DNA of 63,670 nucleotides, the filler included, from Myxococcota bacterium (GTDB taxonomy: Bacteria; Myxococcota_C; UBA6777): the NCBI GenBank assembly GCA_023150835.1. It is 3 parts of 3 records of this genome, joined end to end, with 100 filler letters (N's around TTAATTAATTAA, not from the genome) between each part and the next. Parts side by side here need not be neighbours in the genome. Positions count along the whole stretch, not along the records: positions 44,134 to 63,670 come from JAKLKB010000130.1; 2 more parts are not named here. One strand, 5' to 3'. Shown piece after piece: positions 54,691 through 63,670 of the stretch. Position 1 is the first letter of the stretch. Every line of letters starts with the position of its first letter. The position numbers and the translations under genes were made by a program. The notes beneath the pieces were generated by a model. That model was not told the DNA's origin and ran no database searches. It saw only the letters and a list, made by a program, of their open reading frames with translations.

Positions 54691-55158
54691 TCAGCTCGGG
54701 GGGAGGGAGACTGCACGCGAAACCGCCCATTTCGCTGCATAATTTTTGTACGCATCCGTCTCAAAATACCGAAACGGTCGGCCTTTGTGCAAGCAAACGA
54801 ACTTGATCAAACAAGTGATCACTTCTTGCTGCTCTTCGCTGCGAAGATTAAACACACAAGCCTTTGTTTCTACCAAGATCGAAGATTTCCCGATCCCTTG
54901 TGTCCGACAATAGATCTGCACCGAATCGCCGATATGAACGGGTGTGACAAAGACGATGTTGTCGACGCTGACCGTCACGATGTTGTCGTAGCCGATGGCC
55001 TCGATCACATAAAGCGCCGAGCTTTCATCCAGCCACGAAAGCATCACACCACCAAAGAGATTTCCAAACGCATTGAGATCACGCGACATCACAAGATGCC
55101 GATTCACCAAACGATACCCTTCACGTCGCAGGGCTTCTTCTGAATATTCGGTATGCAT
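54691..55158 (-). CDS. Acyl-CoA thioesterase (hotdog fold)
   Basis: DLNAFGNLFGGVMLSWLDE, VTVSVD.I.F..PV..GD. Confidence 0.88.
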   Translation of the reverse strand: MHTEYSEEALRREGYRLVNRHLVMSRDLNAFGNLFGGVMLSWLDESSALYVIEAIGYDNIVTVSVDNIVFVTPVHIGDSVQIYCRTQGIGKSSILVETKACVFNLRSEEQQEVITCLIKFVCLHKGRPFRYFETDAYKNYAAKWAVSRAVSLPPS

Positions 55159-55433
55159 CGCAGTCCAGCCTTCTTTGTTCGAGAAGCAAAGCATTTAGAA
55201 CAGAAACATCCAACAAGACGCCCTTGATGCGGGGTTTTGCTGCGGCCCAAAGAGCTTGGAGCATGGGGTAGCATCGTTTGTGGTTGGGCGCAAGAAGCCC
55301 GCTGTAGGGTTTGCATTGACGTGCTTTGTCTGCGTATGCTAGTGCAAAAACGTTGCGTGGTGCGGGTAAAAGATCACGCATGCAAGGCCATTGAAGCGTC
55401 GAAGGCGCGAAGAACAAGGGAGCAAAAGAGCCG

Positions 55434-58400
55434 ATGCTGGATTGGAATCGAGAACGTTCGTCGTGTGGGGTGGGATTTTTGGCGAGCTTGCGAGGCGTGT
55501 GGAGCCACGAGCATCTGCGTCATGGGCTTCATGCGTTGCGCTGTGTGGAGCATCGGGGAGCTTGTGGAGCGGATCAACAAACAGGCGATGGGGCGGGGAT
55601 CATGACGGATATCCCGTACAAACTGTTTGGTTTGTCCGAAGGAGAGATCGCGGTTGCGATGTTGTTTTTGCCCTCTGATTCGGGGCGTCGCCATACAGCC
55701 CAACATATCTTTGAAGACACCTTTGGCTTTTTGGGCCTCGAAGTCCTGCGTTATCGGGATGTACCTGTGGATCCGTCCGTGTTGGGAGCGGACGCCCGAA
55801 CCAAGATGCCCTTGATCCGACAAGCGTTTATCCGCCGCCCCGTGCATTGCCGCACGGCTTACAGCTTTGACAAGCTGCTTTACACGGCCAAGCGCACCAC
55901 CCGCCTCAAAGAACATGAGCGCGGGATCAAAGAAGACTTTTTCTTTTCGTCGCTCTCCGCCAAAACCATCGTATACAAGGCGCTCGTGCGTTCGGAAGCC
56001 CTCGACCGTTTTTACTTGGATCTGCAAGAACCTTCGTACACGACGCGCTTTGCGTTGTTTCATCGGCGTTTCAGTACCAATACTTCGTCCTCATGGGACA
56101 AAGTACAACCGTTCCGTTTGATCGGACACAACGGCGAGATCAACACCATCGCGGGCAACCGCGCATGGGGTCGAGCGCGAGAGATGTCGCTCGAAGCACA
56201 GACAGGGGAGTTGTTGACGCCCGAAGCGATCAGCGATTCAGGAAGCCTCAACGAGATGGTCGAAGCCCTGCGTTACCGCAGCGGGGTTCCACACGTCGAG
56301 GATATCTTGGCGTTGATGATCCCTCCAGCCGACCAAAACAACGAGTTTTACAAGTTTTGGAGCCGAGCAATGGAGCCGTGGGATGGGCCAGCCTTTTTGA
56401 CTTTCTCGGAAGGTCGGCATGTTGGGGCTCGGTTGGACCGAAACGGTTTTCGTCCATGCCGATGGGTCCGCACAAAAGAACACTTCTTCCTTGCTTCGGA
56501 GGCGGGAGTCTTTGAGGTGGACGAACGAGAGGCGCTCTCGAAAGGCACTCTTGCAGCGGGGCGCGGTGTCGTGGTCGATCTGGAAAATGGCGCGGTGATG
56601 TTTCGTGATCCAAGCCAATCGATCGAGCATCGCGCCGCCCATTACGACGCTCGGCTTGTCCCGTTGCCCCACAGCGGATCCTTGGGCGAAGTCGCTCCAT
56701 CGACGTTGGATCTGCCGACAGATTCGCCGTTTGTGGCGGTATCGTTGTTTGAAGAACCCACAGGCGAAGCCTTACAAGCCTCGATGCTTTCCATGCGCAG
56801 CCATCTCCAAGCCCAGCACTTTTCGCCCGAGGCATCGGCCTCTCAGATCAGCAAAGCAGGACTCTTTCTTTACAACGAAGAAGATATCCGCGTGATCTTG
56901 GGACCGATGGTCGAGTCAGGCAAAGAGCCGATCGGCTCGATGGGAGATACCGCAAGGATGGCGATCCTCTCGAATGAACCGCGATCTTTGTTTGATTACT
57001 TCTATCAAAATTTTTCGCAAGTGACCAATCCACCGCTCGATTATATCCGCGAAGCGATGGTCACGGATCTTCGGGTGTATCTCGGTCGAAAGCCCAACCT
57101 GTTCCAGCCCAAAGAGTTGATCCCGCCTGCACCTGCTTTTGCGCTAGAAAGCCCTGTGATGTCGCTCGAACAGATCAATGCGCTGGCTTCTTTGTTGGGC
57201 CGCGAACTGCCCGAAACGCGGCTTGCTCCGCACGCATTGGAGATGACCTTTTTGCGTGAGCATGGTGCGGTGGGGATGAAGGAGCGCTTGCGCGCCCTTG
57301 GAGAAGAAGCGGTGTTGGCGGCGAGGCGGGGTTATTCGATCTTGATCTTGACCGATCGTGGAGCGGATGCGGAACACTTGCCGATCCCGAGCCTGTTGGC
57401 GTTGCGGGCCGTGTTGTACGCCTTGGGCGAAGCAGGGCTGCGACTGCGCGTCTCGCTGGTGGTGGACAGCGGAGAGATCCGAGGAACCCATCATGTCGCG
57501 GCGTTGGTCAGTTTCGGAGCAACAGCGGTTTGCCCGTACCTTGCGCTGTCTTTGGCGCGAGACGGCATGGGGATGCGCCATCTTCCCGAAGAGGCCGACA
57601 CACGCGAAGAGCATTTGCGTCATGCCCTTGAGATGGGGCTGATGAAAGTCATGGCAAAGTGCGGGATCTCGGTGGTACGCAGTTATCAAGGCTCGATGTT
57701 GATGACTCCCTTGGGTCTAGGGGCCACGCTGCTCAAAGATTACTTCGATGCGATGCCGTCTTTGATTGGAGGGATCGAGCTGGAGGATATCGCACGAGGC
57801 ATCCTTGCTCGTGCCGCCGAATGGTCCGAAGAAGGAGACAAATGGACCCCCCCCAAGCTGTACCTCTACAAAGAACACAATCGCGGTCAAACAGGCGAGA
57901 AACATTCGATGACCAACACGCGCTCCAAGCTACTGCACCAGATCGCACGCCATGAAGGCGATGTGATGGAGAAGATGGAGACTTATCAAGAATATCTCGC
58001 GATCGGTGAGGCCGACGCTCCCGTCAACTTGCGACACCTTATCAAGATCCGTCCCACAGGCCCAAGCATCCCCCTCGAAGAAGTCGAGCCTTGGCGAGCG
58101 ATCACGCGACGCATGGGATCAGGGGCGATGTCTTTTGGGGCGATCAGTGCGGAGTCTCAGCGCGATATCATCTTGGCCATGCGCGAGGTTGGTGGTCGTA
58201 GCAACAGCGGCGAAGGCGGCGAAAATCCGTTCTACTTTACAGAAGGGATCACCGCGAGCGCCAAGCAAGTCGCCTCGGCACGTTTTGGCGTTACTGCCGA
58301 GTACCTTGTGTCGGGCGAAGAGATCCAGATCAAGATCTGCCAAGGAGCCAAACCGGGCGAAGGAGGCCAACTGATGGGCCTCAAGGTGACGCCTGATATC

Positions 58401-60059
58401 GCTCGCGCTCGTTATGCCCCCGAAGGAGTCGACCTGATATCACCCCCGCCGCTTCACGATATCTACAGCATCGAAGATCTCAAACAACTGATCTACGAAC
58501 TCAAACAAGTCGCCCCACACGCCCTTGTCAGCGTCAAACTGGTCGCAGGTCCCGGCATCGGAACGATCGCTGTTGGAGTGGCCAAAGCAGGAGCCGATAT
58601 CATCCAAGTCTCAGGCGGAGACGGCGGAACAGGCGCGGCTTCCTTGAGCTCGATGAAACACGCGGGGCTTCCGTGGGAACTCGGCGTGCTGGAGGTTCAT
58701 CAAGCCCTTGCAGCCAACCATCTGCGCGAACATTTGATCTTGCGCGCAGATGGGGGCCTGTCGACAGGGATGGATATCGTGATGGCCGCGATCTTGGGCG
58801 CGGATGAGATGGACTTTGGAAAGCTACTGCTGATCGCCGAAGGCTGCGTCATGGCCCGAATCTGCGAGAAAAATACTTGTCCCACAGGGATCGCGACCCA
58901 CGATCCTCGCTTCAAGTCCAAGTACAAAGGCCAAAAAGAACACATCGTGCGTGTATTGCAGGTCTTGGCCGAAGATGCACGGCAGATCATGGCGCGACTG
59001 GGCGTCCACCAGATCAGCGATCTCATCGGACGCACCGAGCTTTTGGAGATCAACGAGCGTCATGCGATGCTGCTCAAAGAACGGCGGCTGGATCTGTCTT
59101 TCTTCTTTTCACCCGCCCAAAGCGGAGGATGCGCTTGGTGGGAGAACATCGCAACACACGCATCCGAAAACACCGAAACACGGGCAAACCAAGCCAAAGC
59201 GCTTTCTCGTTCACGCCTCCGCGATCCCAAAGCTCCTTACGCCGAAGGAAACGCGATCAGCCCGCTGAATGCGGAGATATTGGCGCGCATCGAAGCCCTC
59301 GCCCATACAGGACAACCTGTCGAAGAAACCTTTTCGATCCGTTCGACCGATCGGGCGGTATTGGCACGATACGCGGGCTGGATCGCAGCCCAAAAGCAGC
59401 AAGCACGCCTCCAATCCCCCACCCGCACAGACGAAACAGGGCCTTTTGTACATCTGCGTTTTCGAGGCAGTGCAGGCCAAGGCTTTGGTGTCTTTCTCAC
59501 AGGCAACACGCACATCACCCTCGAAGGCGAAGCAAACGACTCCGTATGCAAAGGAATGTCCGATGGTTTCGTCGTGATCAAACCCTCTCCCGAAGCGCGA
59601 TTTGTCCCCGAAGAGGCAAGTATCCTCGGAAACTGTGCGCTTTATGGCGCAACAGGTGGAAAGCTGTTTGTGTACGGACGCGCAGGCGATCGTTTTGCCG
59701 TCCGAAACAGCGGAGCTATCGCCGTTGTCGAAGGAACGGGGCTGCACGCTTGCGAATACATGACCAACGGAAAAGTCGTGATCTTGGGCCGCAGTTCAGC
59801 CAACTTGGGCGCAGGGATGACAGGTGGCGAAGTGATCGGCCCCCCCAGTCTACAACCCTTCCTCCATCCCGATTTTCTTACGGAAGTTCCGATGGATGGC
59901 GGTGAGTTACAAGCTCTGCGTTTGCTTCTCGAAGAGTATGTCGCTGCAACCTCCTCCGCAACGGCACAAAAGCTCCTCCAAGCGTGGTCTTTCCAAACTC
60001 CGCCCCTATGCCGTTATCGCTCGATCCACCAAAAACAACCCCAAGAACGTGCCGCATAA
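55434..60059 (+). CDS. gltB: Glutamate synthase large subunit
   Basis: CGVGF, HRGA...GDGAG, HNGEINTI.GN, EPWDGPA, FSQVTNPPLD, SNSGEGGE, QGAKPGEGGQL, CVMARICEKNTCPTGIAT, AGDRFAVRNSGA, CEYMT.G. Confidence 0.96.
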   Translation: MLDWNRERSSCGVGFLASLRGVWSHEHLRHGLHALRCVEHRGACGADQQTGDGAGIMTDIPYKLFGLSEGEIAVAMLFLPSDSGRRHTAQHIFEDTFGFLGLEVLRYRDVPVDPSVLGADARTKMPLIRQAFIRRPVHCRTAYSFDKLLYTAKRTTRLKEHERGIKEDFFFSSLSAKTIVYKALVRSEALDRFYLDLQEPSYTTRFALFHRRFSTNTSSSWDKVQPFRLIGHNGEINTIAGNRAWGRAREMSLEAQTGELLTPEAISDSGSLNEMVEALRYRSGVPHVEDILALMIPPADQNNEFYKFWSRAMEPWDGPAFLTFSEGRHVGARLDRNGFRPCRWVRTKEHFFLASEAGVFEVDEREALSKGTLAAGRGVVVDLENGAVMFRDPSQSIEHRAAHYDARLVPLPHSGSLGEVAPSTLDLPTDSPFVAVSLFEEPTGEALQASMLSMRSHLQAQHFSPEASASQISKAGLFLYNEEDIRVILGPMVESGKEPIGSMGDTARMAILSNEPRSLFDYFYQNFSQVTNPPLDYIREAMVTDLRVYLGRKPNLFQPKELIPPAPAFALESPVMSLEQINALASLLGRELPETRLAPHALEMTFLREHGAVGMKERLRALGEEAVLAARRGYSILILTDRGADAEHLPIPSLLALRAVLYALGEAGLRLRVSLVVDSGEIRGTHHVAALVSFGATAVCPYLALSLARDGMGMRHLPEEADTREEHLRHALEMGLMKVMAKCGISVVRSYQGSMLMTPLGLGATLLKDYFDAMPSLIGGIELEDIARGILARAAEWSEEGDKWTPPKLYLYKEHNRGQTGEKHSMTNTRSKLLHQIARHEGDVMEKMETYQEYLAIGEADAPVNLRHLIKIRPTGPSIPLEEVEPWRAITRRMGSGAMSFGAISAESQRDIILAMREVGGRSNSGEGGENPFYFTEGITASAKQVASARFGVTAEYLVSGEEIQIKICQGAKPGEGGQLMGLKVTPDIARARYAPEGVDLISPPPLHDIYSIEDLKQLIYELKQVAPHALVSVKLVAGPGIGTIAVGVAKAGADIIQVSGGDGGTGAASLSSMKHAGLPWELGVLEVHQALAANHLREHLILRADGGLSTGMDIVMAAILGADEMDFGKLLLIAEGCVMARICEKNTCPTGIATHDPRFKSKYKGQKEHIVRVLQVLAEDARQIMARLGVHQISDLIGRTELLEINERHAMLLKERRLDLSFFFSPAQSGGCAWWENIATHASENTETRANQAKALSRSRLRDPKAPYAEGNAISPLNAEILARIEALAHTGQPVEETFSIRSTDRAVLARYAGWIAAQKQQARLQSPTRTDETGPFVHLRFRGSAGQGFGVFLTGNTHITLEGEANDSVCKGMSDGFVVIKPSPEARFVPEEASILGNCALYGATGGKLFVYGRAGDRFAVRNSGAIAVVEGTGLHACEYMTNGKVVILGRSSANLGAGMTGGEVIGPPSLQPFLHPDFLTEVPMDGGELQALRLLLEEYVAATSSATAQKLLQAWSFQTPPLCRYRSIHQKQPQERAA

Positions 60060-60136
60060 CCCACCCACCCCACCCTCCATTTCGCCGTTGCTGTCTCTGT
60101 TTTCTGGGGTAAAATTTAGACAGATGCTCTGTTTTC

Positions 60137-60257
60137 TGGGGCGCTGCCCCATAGCCCGTCATAGAGCGCGGCTCCCTCGACCCCGTGTAGGCGAAAAGAG
60201 CTTCGTTTTTTACCCCAACGGCCCTGTCGCTTGAAGTGCTGCGAACACGGGTTTTTT
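60137..60257 (+). repeat. Family A element, copy 6
   Basis: TGGGGCGCTGCCCCA...GAGCGCGGCTCCCTCGACCCCGTG...CGAACACGGGTTTT, just after gltB. Confidence 0.8.
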
Positions 60258-60444
60258 GGCCAAGAAGTGATGCCTCTCTCTTCTTAACACCCACACGCTG
60301 CGCTTGCTTTTTTGCGGTGGATGCGTTTTTGTGAGAAAGACAAGCCATACCGTTGTTCGGAGATGGATGCGCGGCTTGTTTTGCGACCTTCCAAGCCAAC
60401 GTTTCTGCAATCCCCCCCTTGCCGTCTGAGGAGCCAGCGATCGG

Positions 60445-61401
60445 ATGCGATACACCACCCACAAGAGTCTTTCCTGTTTGCTTCTTGTTTGGCTTGGGGG
60501 ATGGTGTGTCTTACAAACGTCCTGCACAACCGAGCTTCCGCACAAAGCAACCCCACACACAACACGCCACCCGCAGCCTCCCACGCAACATGCCACATGG
60601 CTTCCCCTTCGGCTTCCTTTTGCCCGTCTCCCCGCGCTCTCCCATCCTCGCCCAAAGACGCCCACGCCACCCACCCGCCCTCGCCGTGTCCATCTGTCTT
60701 ATCGCGTGCATATCATCCGCGCTGAGGCCCCTCGCCACACAGGCGTCGAAGCGATCATCGCCCCCTACCGCAAGCGCTTGGGCGAGCGGATGAATACTGT
60801 TCTTGCCACAACCCCTCTCCCGCTGTCTCGCGGCACGCCAGAAAGCCGCCTTGGCTCGCTGGTCGCCGAAGCCTGCTTGGGTCGGATGCGCGCCCTCGGT
60901 TGGCAAGTCGATCTCTTTGTCACCAACTTGGGCGGAATCCGCAAAGATCTCGGGGCAGGAGATATCCAAGTGCGCGATGTATACGAGCTTTTGCCATTCG
61001 AAAATATCTTGGTGCGGGTCTCTTTGCGTGGAAAAGAATTGCGGACGCTGATCGGACTTCTCGCCAAACAAGGCGGGGAACCTTTGGCAGGAGCCCGCGT
61101 GTTGCTCGATCACCAACATCGCGTCAAAAGCGTCTGGATCGATGGAAAAGCACTCGACGACAAAGCCCATTATATCCTCGGAACGTCGGATTATTTGGCA
61201 AAGACAGGATGGATGTCCCCGATACTTCGGAAAAAACACCTTGAATCTACTGATCTCACGCTGCGAGATGCGATGATCTGGGCTTTGGCCGAACAAGGGC
61301 TGCGCTGGCCTCACGATCTCGACGGACGTATCCGCATCGAATCCCACACCTCCGCTCCGCATCGTCCAGCAAGTCGCCAAGCCCCCCTGAAAAGGAGATA
61401 A
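60445..61401 (+). CDS. Stand-alone 5'-nucleotidase C-terminal domain protein
   Basis: PESRLGSLVA, NLGGIR..L..GDI...DVYELLPFEN, TSDYLA. Confidence 0.85.
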   Translation: MRYTTHKSLSCLLLVWLGGWCVLQTSCTTELPHKATPHTTRHPQPPTQHATWLPLRLPFARLPALSHPRPKTPTPPTRPRRVHLSYRVHIIRAEAPRHTGVEAIIAPYRKRLGERMNTVLATTPLPLSRGTPESRLGSLVAEACLGRMRALGWQVDLFVTNLGGIRKDLGAGDIQVRDVYELLPFENILVRVSLRGKELRTLIGLLAKQGGEPLAGARVLLDHQHRVKSVWIDGKALDDKAHYILGTSDYLAKTGWMSPILRKKHLESTDLTLRDAMIWALAEQGLRWPHDLDGRIRIESHTSAPHRPASRQAPLKRR

Positions 61402-61406
61402 CCTGC

Positions 61407-62327
61407 ATGGATCGCCGACTGTTTCTCCAACGCATCGGGCAAGCTGCCTGTGCGGCTTCGCTGACAGGGTGTTCCGCTTGGGCCGCCCCTCCGCCCAAAG
61501 CAAAGGTGATCACCCTGTTGCACACCAACGATACCCACAGCCGCATCGATCCGTTCACAACAGGCCCCTACAAAGGACAAGGCGGTATCGCACAACGTGC
61601 CGCGTGGATACGAGCCTTTCGCGCCAAACACCCCCACACGCTGGTGATCGACGCGGGAGATATCTTCCAAGGAACCCCCTATTTCAACCTGTTTCATGGC
61701 CGCGTCGAGTTGGAAACCATGAGTCTCGCGGGTTATGATATCGCCACGATCGGCAACCATGACTTTGATCTAGGCGCAGAGTGGCTGCTCACCGCCATCG
61801 AACGATACGCCAAGTTCTCTTTTTGTTCGGCCAATCTCCAGTTTTCCCAAGCCGCCGCTCAAAAATGGATACGACCTTACCTCCTCCGAACCATCGGAGG
61901 CCGAAAGATCGGGTTCTTTGGATTGGGGGTCCGCTGCGAAGGCTTGATCCCGACACACCTTTGGCGCGGCGTACGCTACCTTGACCCGATCGCAGTCTCC
62001 CGAAAGATGGTGCAGCTTTTACGCGGAACTCACCAATGCGACGCTGTGATCGCTCTCAGCCATCTCGGATTCGTGGGCTACCGCAGCGAACCCGGGGACA
62101 TGGATCTCGCCCAACAAGTCCGTGGGATCGACTTGATCGTTGGAGGACACACCCACACCTTTTTGAACGCCCCCAAACGCATCTCCAACGCATTCCAAGA
62201 ACAAACACACATCGTCCAAGTCGGACACTCGGGCGTTTGGCTCGGACAAGTCGATCTCCACTTCACCGACGGACACGTCCACGTCCAAGGAACGACCCAC
62301 CCCATCACTCCCGAACAAACCCCCTAA
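61407..62327 (+). CDS. 5'-nucleotidase N-terminal metallophosphoesterase with Tat signal
   Basis: MDRRLFL; LHTNDTHS, DAGDIFQGTPYFN, GNHDFD, LSHLG, GGHTH. Confidence 0.9.
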   Translation: MDRRLFLQRIGQAACAASLTGCSAWAAPPPKAKVITLLHTNDTHSRIDPFTTGPYKGQGGIAQRAAWIRAFRAKHPHTLVIDAGDIFQGTPYFNLFHGRVELETMSLAGYDIATIGNHDFDLGAEWLLTAIERYAKFSFCSANLQFSQAAAQKWIRPYLLRTIGGRKIGFFGLGVRCEGLIPTHLWRGVRYLDPIAVSRKMVQLLRGTHQCDAVIALSHLGFVGYRSEPGDMDLAQQVRGIDLIVGGHTHTFLNAPKRISNAFQEQTHIVQVGHSGVWLGQVDLHFTDGHVHVQGTTHPITPEQTP

Positions 62328-62569
62328 GGATCTTTGATCTTGCGCGGGCCATGCGATGGTGTTATCCTCTGCGGGATTTTGGACGGCATACGCAGGGGCT
62401 CTTGTGGCGTGTGTTGTCTGTGGCCGTTGCTTCGCAAGGTTCATCAAGATATCCCTAATACGTACATCGCAAAGCCCACCACAGGGCTTTGGCCTAGATA
62501 TCCTCGGACGGTTCTAGGCACCCCCCGCGCTCGACCTTAGCCCAAACTTGCCGATCGGAGAAGTCGCTG

Positions 62570-63670
62570 ATGGCACAAAAAATTCTGGTATGTGACGACA
62601 GTCGGACAATTCAACAAGCCGTAGCAGTCGCCCTCTTTGAGATGAAAACCGAGATCGTGACGGTGAGTGATCCTGCGCAGGTCGTCTCCTCCGCCTTGGC
62701 CGAATCCCCCAAACTGATCTTGCTCGACAATCGCATGAATCGCGAAGGCCGCGACGATGGTTACGCGCTCTGCCAACAAATCAAAAACCACGATGACCTC
62801 AAGCATATCCCTGTGATCTTTTTGGCGGGGCGCTCTTACGAACCCCAAAAAGGACGCGATGCTGGCGCGTTTGACTTCATCGAAAAACCCTTTGAAACCC
62901 AAATGCTCGCCGACAAAGTCCAAGCAGGACTCTCCGCTTCCCCCGGTGAAGTCGTCCGCCCCAAGATGCCCACATCCTCCGGCCCTTCCGACTTCCGCGC
63001 CACGACCGCTCTCCCCACCTTCTCTCCTGTTGATCTCCAAAATATGCTCCCACCCGACGCTTCCGCACGCCTCGCTCCTCCCCCTCTCGCCAATGTCGCC
63101 GATCTCGCTCCTCCCCCCCTGTCTTTCGCTGATAACGATGAAGATCTTTCTCCCCCTCCTCCACCCTCTCTGTCTTTTGCCGACGACGCCGAAGAAGATC
63201 TCTCGCCTCCCATCGCCCCCCCTTCTTTTCACTTTGGCGACAACAAAGAAGAAGTCCTTGCACCCCCTCCCGCTCTCTCCTTTGCCGACGAAGAGGACGC
63301 TTTGCCGCCTCCTCCTCCCTTTGGCTTTGAAAAACCTACCCCACCCGCCCCTCCACCCCTGAGCTTTCACAAGCCCTCTCCGCCTCCTTTGTCGTTTAAC
63401 AACCCCGCTGACGACGACGATCTCTCGCCCGATGAAGTCCCCGCACCCCCACCCTTCGGCTTCGCCAAGACCCCCGCACCCCCTTCCGAGTCCCGCGCAC
63501 TCAAACAAACCCCTGTCATCCCCGCACCCACAGACTCACCCAAAGAATTCCCTGTGCGTGAACTCTTCCGCCCCGCCGAAGAACCACCCCGTCCCCCTGC
63601 ATTTGACAGCGAGCCTGAAAACACCATCGTCGCCATGCCCGCACCCAAAGCCCCCCCTGCTGCGGCCTTT
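62570..63670 (+). CDS. Receiver-domain protein with acidic Pro-rich linker (RomR-like), runs off the window
   Basis: Not in the ORF track because it has no stop. Manual translation from ATG 62570 (GGAG upstream): MAQKILVCDDSRTIQQAV...PKLILLD...DGYALCQQIK...IPVIFLAG...FIEKPF, then LSFADD/PPP repeats. Confidence 0.85.
   Translation, partial: MAQKILVCDDSRTIQQAVAVALFEMKTEIVTVSDPAQVVSSALAESPKLILLDNRMNREGRDDGYALCQQIKNHDDLKHIPVIFLAGRSYEPQKGRDAGAFDFIEKPFETQMLADKVQAGLSASPGEVVRPKMPTSSGPSDFRATTALPTFSPVDLQNMLPPDASARLAPPPLANVADLAPPPLSFADNDEDLSPPPPPSLSFADDAEEDLSPPIAPPSFHFGDNKEEVLAPPPALSFADEEDALPPPPPFGFEKPTPPAPPPLSFHKPSPPPLSFNNPADDDDLSPDEVPAPPPFGFAKTPAPPSESRALKQTPVIPAPTDSPKEFPVRELFRPAEEPPRPPAFDSEPENTIVAMPAPKAPPAAAF

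Noticed and set aside
62537..63508. 323-aa minus-strand Gly/Arg-rich ORF
   Set aside because: Antisense to the receiver-domain gene that starts at 62570.

Overview
Moderately GC-rich bacterial DNA. The gene content (eukaryote-like Ser/Thr kinases, FHA-sigma54 protein, Cys-rich lipoproteins, divergent Hsp70, RomR-like regulator) points to Myxococcota; this is an inference. The window is three contigs (1-21982, 22083-44033, 44134-63670) joined by two artificial 100-nt N44-TTAATTAATTAA-N44 linkers, so adjacency across the linkers is not biological. Contig 1 opens with an IS200/IS605-type left end (TTAC target, AAAG guide, hairpin) that truncates an already frameshifted nucleotidyltransferase paired with a HigA-like antitoxin. 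It continues with folC, a co-oriented run of degenerate signalling proteins (pseudo-Hsp70, GGDEF, sigma54 activator), ampG, a repeat-dense intergenic region and a eukaryote-type NAD-glutamate dehydrogenase. Contig 2 carries a GST, a Cys/Met PLP enzyme, a DUF1653-MsrB-like fusion and a GH44. It then carries a complete BREX type-1-like operon (brxA-brxB-brxC-pglX-[DUF262/DUF1524 nuclease]-pglZ-brxL) next to a displaced tRNA-Asn 3' half (att site) and decayed toxin-antitoxin genes. Contig 3 carries two kinases, an apparently circularly permuted esterase lipoprotein, a lipase-like lipoprotein, dihydroorotase, a thioesterase, gltB, a split 5'-nucleotidase and a RomR-like regulator. Two dispersed non-coding repeat families (a ~120-bp structured element and GTAG-type REPs) occur on all three contigs. 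All calls come from reading motifs by eye; no database searches were run.
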